NCBI GenBank assembly: GCA_030670545.1
Contig: DAOVBM010000005.1
Coordinates: 1-53,942, forward strand
DNA length: 53,942 bases
Direction: 5' to 3'
Source: Candidatus Woesearchaeota archaeon
GTDB taxonomy: Archaea > Nanobdellota > Nanobdellia > Woesearchaeales > JAGLGH01
Positions 47,488 to 53,942 of the stretch are shown piece after piece (the stretch's first letter is position 1; the number at the start of each line of letters is the position of its first letter). Made by a program: the position numbers and the translations under genes. The notes beneath the pieces were generated by a model that was not told the DNA's origin, made no database searches, and worked only from the letters and a program-made list of their open reading frames with translations.

Positions 47488-48777
47488 ATGTCAAAACAAA
47501 AAATTCTTTTAGTGAACCCCCCTTTTGGAAGGACTGTAATAAGGGAAGGAAGATGCCAGCAGTATACACTTCCTTTCCAAACTACTTACCCTCCATTGAC
47601 ATTAGCAAACCTTGCCGCCATATTGCAAGGTAAGTATGATGTTAAGATATGGGATTGCATAGCATCCAAGACTAATCTAAAGACTTTTTTAGAAAACGCA
47701 AAAAAATGGCGTTCCGAAATTGTTTTTATCAACACATCTACCCCTACAATCAATGCAGATATTGAAACAGCAAGACTGCTTTATAATTCAATATCATTTG
47801 ATAAAGGATTAAAGCTGAAGAGGCCAAAAATATACATGTTTGGAGCGCATGTTTCCTATTTCAAAGGCAAGATTAATGAAGATTTCTTTGAAATTATTAA
47901 AGGCCCGCCTGAAAGTTTTGCATCAAAACTGATAGGAAAGGATTATGATTTTAGTGAATCACCTATTCCTGCATGGGATATGGTTGACCTTAAGAGATAC
48001 AGGATTCCTTTCAAGAACAAGCATTTTGTATTGATAAGACCATCTATTGGTTGTCCTCACAATTGCAGTTTTTGTATAGCTCCTTTTTATTATGGCAGAA
48101 AAATAAGATATAAGAAAGTTACAGATATCATATCAGAAATTAAAAGTGTAAAAGCCATAGGTATCAATGAATTCTTGTTTTTTTCAGAGACATTTACAGT
48201 TAATAAGTCGTATCTAACCAATCTTTTGAATGAGATAATAAAGAATAATCTTAAGATAAGTTTTACGGCAAACTCCAGGATAGATACTATTGATGAGGAT
48301 ATTCTTAAATTGATGAAGAAAGCTGGATGCTGGATGGTCAGCTTTGGCATAGAGTCAGCTTCCCCGAAGATACTTAAACTTGCAGGCAAGTACATTGATC
48401 CTGCTTTAATCAGAAAAAACATCTTACTTGTAAATAAAGCAGGTATCAGAACATTTGGTCATTTCATATTCGGTCTGCCTGGAGAAACCAAAGAGACAAT
48501 TAAGAAAACAATCTCTTTTTCAAAAGAACTTGCTTTGGATTTTGCTGCGTTTTATATAGCTACTCCTTTTCCAGGAAGCATGCTTTATGAATATTCATCC
48601 AGAAAACAGCATTTTGAGAATTATGAATATTCCAGATACAGAAATGATAAGGAGCTTAATCCAGAACTTGATATCAATCTTAAACTCATAAGGATTTACG
48701 CGTACATATCATTTTATCTTAAAAGGATAATGAATCCACTATATACCATAAAGCTAATAAAATTATTTCTGTCTTGA
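47488..48777 (+). CDS. B12-type radical SAM protein (HpnJ-like N-terminus)
   Basis: MSKQKILLVNPP...REGRC...PPLTLA, GAHVS, GCPHNCSFC, ETFT, FGIES and TPFPGS. The real start is likely ATG 47488; the longer ORF merely overlaps the divergent gene. Confidence 0.9.
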   Translation: MSKQKILLVNPPFGRTVIREGRCQQYTLPFQTTYPPLTLANLAAILQGKYDVKIWDCIASKTNLKTFLENAKKWRSEIVFINTSTPTINADIETARLLYNSISFDKGLKLKRPKIYMFGAHVSYFKGKINEDFFEIIKGPPESFASKLIGKDYDFSESPIPAWDMVDLKRYRIPFKNKHFVLIRPSIGCPHNCSFCIAPFYYGRKIRYKKVTDIISEIKSVKAIGINEFLFFSETFTVNKSYLTNLLNEIIKNNLKISFTANSRIDTIDEDILKLMKKAGCWMVSFGIESASPKILKLAGKYIDPALIRKNILLVNKAGIRTFGHFIFGLPGETKETIKKTISFSKELALDFAAFYIATPFPGSMLYEYSSRKQHFENYEYSRYRNDKELNPELDINLKLIRIYAYISFYLKRIMNPLYTIKLIKLFLS

Positions 48778-50472
48778 TTCAACTATGTAATTTCCCATAA
48801 CAAGTTTTCCTTTTCCGGTACGAATCAAGGTATCTATTGCATCCTTTGGACTCATAACAATAGGTTCACCATGGATATTGAAGCTTGTATTAAGGATTGC
48901 GCCGTAACCTGTCACTTTCCTTACTCTCTTCAATATGCCTTTATATGGGCTATTATTGTTGTTTACTATCTGCGGCCTGCATGACCCATCAACACTTGTA
49001 ACTCCTTTAAGATAATCTCTTGCTGAATCTTTAGTCATGTACCCCAGAGTCATAAACCCGCTATCTTGAGTGTACGCTTCGAGCATCTTATTTGCATCAT
49101 CTTCAAGTATAGCAGGACAAAATGGCTGGAACCAATCTCTTCTCTTAATAATATTATTTAGCCTGTTTTTGGTCGTCAGATTATCAGGTAATGCTATAAT
49201 GCTTCTGTTTCCTAGCGCTCTTGGACCATACTCCATCCTGCCTGAAAACCAGTAGACTATATCTCCATCAAGAATGGCATCAGCAGCATATCTGCTGGCA
49301 TTATCATCATAAACAAAATTAATCTTTTTGTTATTCCTGAGTTCTGTGAGTATCAGCTCGTTGCTATATTCAGGTCCAAGGCTTAAGCTTTTAATCATCT
49401 TGCTCCTCCCCCCATAAATCTTATTTGATACAAACAATGCAGCCCCTACAGCAAGCCCCCCATCCCCCATATGTGGAAATATAAACCATTTTCTTATGTC
49501 TGATTTGCTTACTACTTTCATATTATGCTTTATGTTGGATGCTATACCTCCACTGAATACTGCATTATGGATGCCAGTCTCTTTAATCCAGTATTTTGCA
49601 AGATTAATGCAATGATGCTCAAGCGCATCCTGAGCCATCCTGCAGAAAGTTTCCTTATTGCAACTGTACAACAATGCTTGAAGCGTCCTGAATCTCCTTT
49701 CAAGGGGCATTGTTGATTTTATTCTCCCTTCTTCCAGTCTAAAGAATCTGGCCATTGGATTTAATTGTATTGGTATGTGAGGGGAATAATCTGCAAGACT
49801 CATCACTTTCCCCTCATCCTCAAGAATTCTCATTCCAAGAAGGGAAGTTACTTCCTGAAAAAAGAGCCCAAGAGAATCTTTTGACTTTGTCCTTATTAAT
49901 TCTGTTATCTCATCTTTTTCCCCTATGCTAACAGTAGAACTATAACCATCTCCAATCCCGTCAATTGTGAATACCACTGCCTTTTTTATGCCGCTTGGGA
50001 AATATGCACATGCTGCGTGAGCTTTATGATGGTCTATATCATACAATCTGAAATTTTTGAACCCCATCTTCCTTAGCGCATCTTTGATTTTATAATGGGA
50101 TATTTTTCTAAACATGATGTTAGCTCGAAATTTCCCAGTATGATTCAATATCCTTCTGTTAATATTCTCAAAACGTGCCTTTCTTATTCTTCTTCGCACA
50201 TAATAATAATTCTCTTTTATTTTAGGCACAAGCCTTGTTAGTGTCAGTGAAAAGTCTCTAGTGCTGTATGCAATATCCTGTATGTCATCTGGTCTGGAAG
50301 CCATAGCTTTCAGGCAGTATAGTATTGAATTTTTTGGAAATCCTATCTCAAGTTTACGTCGAGTAAACCTTTCTTCGTTTACTGCAACACAGATTCTGCC
50401 TTTATCAACTATACATGCTCCCGAGTCATGCCCATCCCATATGCCTAATATCCTACTCTCAGTTCTCGCCAT
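48763..50472 (-). CDS. Carbamoyltransferase (NodU/CmcH/TobZ family)
   Basis: HDSGAC, EERFTRRK, HHKAHA, DGIGD, EGKVMSLA, GDGG...GAA, EYGPRALGNRS, KRRDWFQPFCP, DGSCRPQ and LNTSFNIHGEPIV. Confidence 0.96.
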   Translation of the reverse strand: MARTESRILGIWDGHDSGACIVDKGRICVAVNEERFTRRKLEIGFPKNSILYCLKAMASRPDDIQDIAYSTRDFSLTLTRLVPKIKENYYYVRRRIRKARFENINRRILNHTGKFRANIMFRKISHYKIKDALRKMGFKNFRLYDIDHHKAHAACAYFPSGIKKAVVFTIDGIGDGYSSTVSIGEKDEITELIRTKSKDSLGLFFQEVTSLLGMRILEDEGKVMSLADYSPHIPIQLNPMARFFRLEEGRIKSTMPLERRFRTLQALLYSCNKETFCRMAQDALEHHCINLAKYWIKETGIHNAVFSGGIASNIKHNMKVVSKSDIRKWFIFPHMGDGGLAVGAALFVSNKIYGGRSKMIKSLSLGPEYSNELILTELRNNKKINFVYDDNASRYAADAILDGDIVYWFSGRMEYGPRALGNRSIIALPDNLTTKNRLNNIIKRRDWFQPFCPAILEDDANKMLEAYTQDSGFMTLGYMTKDSARDYLKGVTSVDGSCRPQIVNNNNSPYKGILKRVRKVTGYGAILNTSFNIHGEPIVMSPKDAIDTLIRTGKGKLVMGNYIVESRQK

Positions 50473-50514
50473 TTTATAGGAAGATTTTTAAATTTATTTT
50501 AATTACATCATAAT

Positions 50515-51450
50515 ATGCAAAAAAGATTTATCATTTCTGCTCTATTTTCGATATTGGTCTATGTATTTATAATATTGTTTTTAGGGATATCAAATATTGT
50601 GCAAACTTTAAAAGATTTTTCTGGGGCATATCTTATTATTGCTATATTATTCATTATCCTAAGCTTGTTTTTTGAATTCATTAGGTGGGAATATTATTTA
50701 AAAGTTGTTGGATTAAGTGTTAATTTTAAAACCAGCATAAAGATTTTCTTTTCCGGACTTGCATTGGGGTTTATGCCTGCAAAATCTGGAGAGCTTCTCA
50801 GGTATTATATGCTTAAGAAAAAAGGGTTATCCTTAAGCAGATCATTGCCTATCCATTTTATCTCAAATTTGACTGCATTTTTTGTAGCGCTCCTATTTTC
50901 ACTACCAATACTTTTCATATTAAAAAAACAAATGATGTTTTATGCCGCTATTGGGCTGCTCTTTATATTTTATTTTTCATTCAGATATCCCTCATTTTAT
51001 CTCAGGATTCTCAAAGTGATTGAAAGCAGACTAAATTATAGCATTTTTAAGCATATAAGGGTGTCATTAGCAACGTCCAGAGGATTGCTTAATCTCAAAT
51101 CTCTTTCCATTTCTTTGCTCCTTACATTTATTTATTATTCCTGTATGGGTGGTGCGCTATTTTATATTCTCAGGGGGTTTGAGATGGGCTCTTCTTTCTT
51201 CCTTGTATTCTCAATATATTCAGCATCATTGATAATAGGTGGCCTGTCAATGCTACCAGGGGGCGTTGGTGCAGTAGAGTATGGGGGCATCGCGTTATTG
51301 TCACAATTTATGGATATCTCTATTGCAACAGTTATTGTAATAATGATGAGGTTTATTTCCCTATGGTTAACTACATTTATTGGAATAGCTTTCCTTAATT
51401 ATTCCTTACCTGAGCTTTCAGTTGATCGAGGTACTCCTTGCAGGAGATAA
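50515..51450 (+). CDS. Lysylphosphatidylglycerol-synthase-TM / UPF0104 flippase-like membrane protein
   Basis: RW..YL, P.KSGELLR, LPGGVGAVE and R..SLW. Confidence 0.88.
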   Translation: MQKRFIISALFSILVYVFIILFLGISNIVQTLKDFSGAYLIIAILFIILSLFFEFIRWEYYLKVVGLSVNFKTSIKIFFSGLALGFMPAKSGELLRYYMLKKKGLSLSRSLPIHFISNLTAFFVALLFSLPILFILKKQMMFYAAIGLLFIFYFSFRYPSFYLRILKVIESRLNYSIFKHIRVSLATSRGLLNLKSLSISLLLTFIYYSCMGGALFYILRGFEMGSSFFLVFSIYSASLIIGGLSMLPGGVGAVEYGGIALLSQFMDISIATVIVIMMRFISLWLTTFIGIAFLNYSLPELSVDRGTPCRR

Positions 51451-52171
51451 TCCTGCGTTCCCTTTTCATTATGCCCTCTAATATACTGAACACTTTTTCT
51501 CCAGAATTGAATCTTTGCAGATATTCTAAAAACCTGTTCTGGCCTTCCTGATAGCTTCCTGCCTGGAGATCATGATCATGCAGACTTAATATCCTCTCTT
51601 TTTTATCTGATGAAAGGAGCCTTTTTGGAATCCACTTATGGAAGATTTTGATAAAAGACATTGTGCAGGGAAATTTGAAGGGTGAAAAGCTTGAGATTGG
51701 GAATTCCATCATAAAATTTCCCTTCTTGGTCAAATCATCTCCCTTAGCTATATATGGTGAGTTTGGAATGCCTCTATAATTAAATCTTGATGGAAAATAT
51801 ACCCTGCATAAGGATGAGTCGTATTCATATCCATATTTATTAAGAGAAGTGAGAATATCTTTGTTTGGCAGGTTATATGGCGCCCGGAATCCAATACAAT
51901 TTATTCCAAGATTTTCAATCTCTTCCTTTGATTTTTTTAATTCATACAATATAATTTTGCTTTCAAGTAGTTTTAGATTTTTATGATTATGAGTATGGGA
52001 TGCAATCTCATGTTTCTCTGCAATCTGTTTTATGAACCTGCCATGCTTTTTAATCTGATCTGTCACCACGAAGAAAGTTGCCTTTGCATTATATTTGTCC
52101 AGAAGCCTCAGTAGTCTTCTTACACCCTGCTCAGTTAAATCAAGGTTTTCTATATCGATTGTTAATATCAT
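51395..52171 (-). CDS. Polysaccharide deacetylase family protein
   Basis: LTIDIE, KATFFV, HEIASHTHNH, GFRAP, YDSSL and LHDHD. Confidence 0.9.
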   Translation of the reverse strand: MILTIDIENLDLTEQGVRRLLRLLDKYNAKATFFVVTDQIKKHGRFIKQIAEKHEIASHTHNHKNLKLLESKIILYELKKSKEEIENLGINCIGFRAPYNLPNKDILTSLNKYGYEYDSSLCRVYFPSRFNYRGIPNSPYIAKGDDLTKKGNFMMEFPISSFSPFKFPCTMSFIKIFHKWIPKRLLSSDKKERILSLHDHDLQAGSYQEGQNRFLEYLQRFNSGEKVFSILEGIMKRERRIISCKEYLDQLKAQVRNN

Positions 52172-52248
52172 TAAATAAAACTAGTATGGCTATTTATTTA
52201 TATCTTTCCCATTTTTGTCCTTGTTTAAAACTAAAGATGTCTTAAGAC

Positions 52249-53721
52249 CTATGTCTGAACAACAACGAGTTCTTTAACATACTCCTGACATCTTATAATT
52301 TCTTTATCACTTAATTCATTGCATAATTCAGGCTGATCTAGAAATTCAATCAGATTTACAATGCAGTCAAATTTATAGTCTCCGCTTTTCAGACACATAT
52401 CAACATCACTCTGCAATATACTAAGGCATGATATTCTTGCATCATCATTCTTTATATCTTCGCATTCAATAAAACTATCAGCAGCAAAGGCATTTGCAAT
52501 CAGAATTAGATTCCTATGTTTACCTACATTGGCAATGCAATTTTCCTTAATCTCGCTATTGCCAATAAGATTGCATATTTTAAGGGCTTCAGACTTTATT
52601 ATAGTAATATACTGGTTTGCAATAAAATTGTTCATTATATCACTGCACATCTCTGATGCATAATTTGAGCAATGCTCTGTATTACCAGAGATTAAACTTA
52701 GGCACTTGAATCTCAGCCCATAATCTTCTATTACATTGCATTTTTCAATGTTTTTATCTGCTAATGCGCTTATAAGCTGAATCTCCTGTTCACAATCTGT
52801 GATTATCTCTTTATCCGCATCTAATACAATTAATCTGCATAATGACAATTTTTTGTCAGCATAAGCAGTGCATAATGAATTGAACCCATCATAGTTTAAT
52901 TCTGTCATAATCTCTTTAATATTACTCTCTGTTGCTTCTTTGCAAATCAAAGGGTCATTGAGAACAATTGCCCTGCATAATACATTTAATGCATATGATT
53001 GTGGATCATCAATTTTATTGCAAAATGCAGCATTATTTTCCATGACTGCATTAAACATATAATAGTTAGCTATACGCTTTTGAGAGTATTCTTGACGGGA
53101 GAATGAAATATCAAAGAATTGCAGGGCTTCCTCTTCCTGCGCTTTTTCTAAGTAAGATATATCTCCTGCAGCATACATCAAGCACTCATTTACATCGAAA
53201 TAAAGTTTACATTCTTCAAGCAGTATTTTTGAATTCTTTGATATTTCTTCCTGCGCTTTTTTAATATCTTCTGTAGACATATCTTTCAAGATTTGATCTA
53301 AAGCCTTTTGCTCATTTTCATTGCTTCCTAAACTGATGAAAAATATTAAGATAATGAACAGAACTCCAAGAAATAATATTGCTGCTATTTTCTTATTTTC
53401 GATAAATTTGTATCCAAAAGAAATGCGTCTTTTGTCTTTTCTCTTCTTTTCAATCTGGACAGCTTCTTTTAATTGAGTTTCCTCTTCAGCTTGAGTTTCT
53501 TTGATTTCTGCTATTTCTTCTGGCCGCTCTTCTACTTCTTTTTTCAGCTGTTCTTTTTTTCCTGCTTGAGATGTCAAATCAGAGAAGATTTTAGCTACCT
53601 TCTCTTCTTTATAGCCCCTTTTTGCAAGCGCTTCCTTTATGTTATCGATAGAAAAGCCATTTGCACGTTGCTTTTTAATCCACTCTTTCACGTCTTCTTT
53701 AGTATTGGTTGAATTAATCAT
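52249..53721 (-). CDS. Type II membrane protein with repeated Cys-pair helical modules
   Basis: Charged N-terminal domain (GFS...IK.AL...GY), one TM helix, then roughly ten C..I/L.......C....A......C repeats. Confidence 0.75.
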   Translation of the reverse strand: MINSTNTKEDVKEWIKKQRANGFSIDNIKEALAKRGYKEEKVAKIFSDLTSQAGKKEQLKKEVEERPEEIAEIKETQAEEETQLKEAVQIEKKRKDKRRISFGYKFIENKKIAAILFLGVLFIILIFFISLGSNENEQKALDQILKDMSTEDIKKAQEEISKNSKILLEECKLYFDVNECLMYAAGDISYLEKAQEEEALQFFDISFSRQEYSQKRIANYYMFNAVMENNAAFCNKIDDPQSYALNVLCRAIVLNDPLICKEATESNIKEIMTELNYDGFNSLCTAYADKKLSLCRLIVLDADKEIITDCEQEIQLISALADKNIEKCNVIEDYGLRFKCLSLISGNTEHCSNYASEMCSDIMNNFIANQYITIIKSEALKICNLIGNSEIKENCIANVGKHRNLILIANAFAADSFIECEDIKNDDARISCLSILQSDVDMCLKSGDYKFDCIVNLIEFLDQPELCNELSDKEIIRCQEYVKELVVVQT

Positions 53722-53774
53722 TTTTGCTTTCTTATGAAGATTACATCTAACAAATATAAAAAGGTTACTAATTT

Positions 53775-53942
53775 TTAACCTGAATTTGAAGTCTCATTTA
53801 CCGGCGGCGTAGAAATGCTCAAAAATATATAAGCCGTTAATCTATATGCATTATAGGCAATGATTCTAAACCTTGTTTGATTGCTTTGATACTTAGCTTT
53901 TATGGCATTAATATGTTCACCGCATATTTTTTTCACAACAAA
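53775..53942 (-). mobile_element. 3' end of an IS5-family (DDE) transposase with its terminal inverted repeat; truncated by window edge
   Basis: Minus frame reads FVVKKICGEHINAIKAKYQSNQTRFRIIAYNAYR..., matching F..IKR..GE.......Q..E...R.IAYN. GGCGGCGTAGAAA at 53803-53815 resembles the GGCnnnGTAGAAA ends of archaeal IS5 elements. Confidence 0.65.

Noticed and set aside
640-53712. Numerous 60-240-aa antisense or nested ORFs in the track (e.g. 640..1125, 5818..6264, 11702..12415, 12483..13175, 13257..14426)
   Set aside because: They are shadows of well-supported genes, with composition mirroring the sense codons and no recognisable motifs.

Overview
This is an AT-rich archaeal window. BRE/TATA-type promoters, ABCE1, DUF99 and many class III (K-K-A/G-Q) prepilin leaders fit a DPANN archaeon, probably Woesearchaeota-like; that assignment is inference. 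There are three blocks. (1) 1-8.8 kb: ABCE1, a GH15 enzyme, a JAB-domain gene split by one in-frame stop, a DUF99 nuclease, a tnpA-only IS200-like element with matching end hairpins and a ~140-nt structured leader, a probably 5'-truncated phosphotransferase, and divergent PhoU/AbrB and Lrp regulators. (2) 8.8-23.6 kb, minus strand: a surface-structure locus with eight prepilin-like genes, a 1890-aa Cys/TSP3-rich adhesin and a 1069-aa Cys-rich secreted protein, with a 143-bp MITE inserted between two genes. (3) 23.7-52.2 kb: a dense radical-SAM/glycosylation cluster with 10 intact radical-SAM genes (11 CxxxCxxC domains, two with B12-type architecture) plus one disrupted paralog. It also holds unusual fusions (rSAM-GT2-rSAM, DegT-rSAM, GT-GT4), three GT-C-like membrane proteins, DUF483, a methyltransferase, a PP-loop ATPase, a carbamoyltransferase, a flippase-like protein and a deacetylase. 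The window ends inside an IS5-like transposase. No tRNA, rRNA or CRISPR array was recognised. All family calls come from reading motifs by eye, not from database searches.
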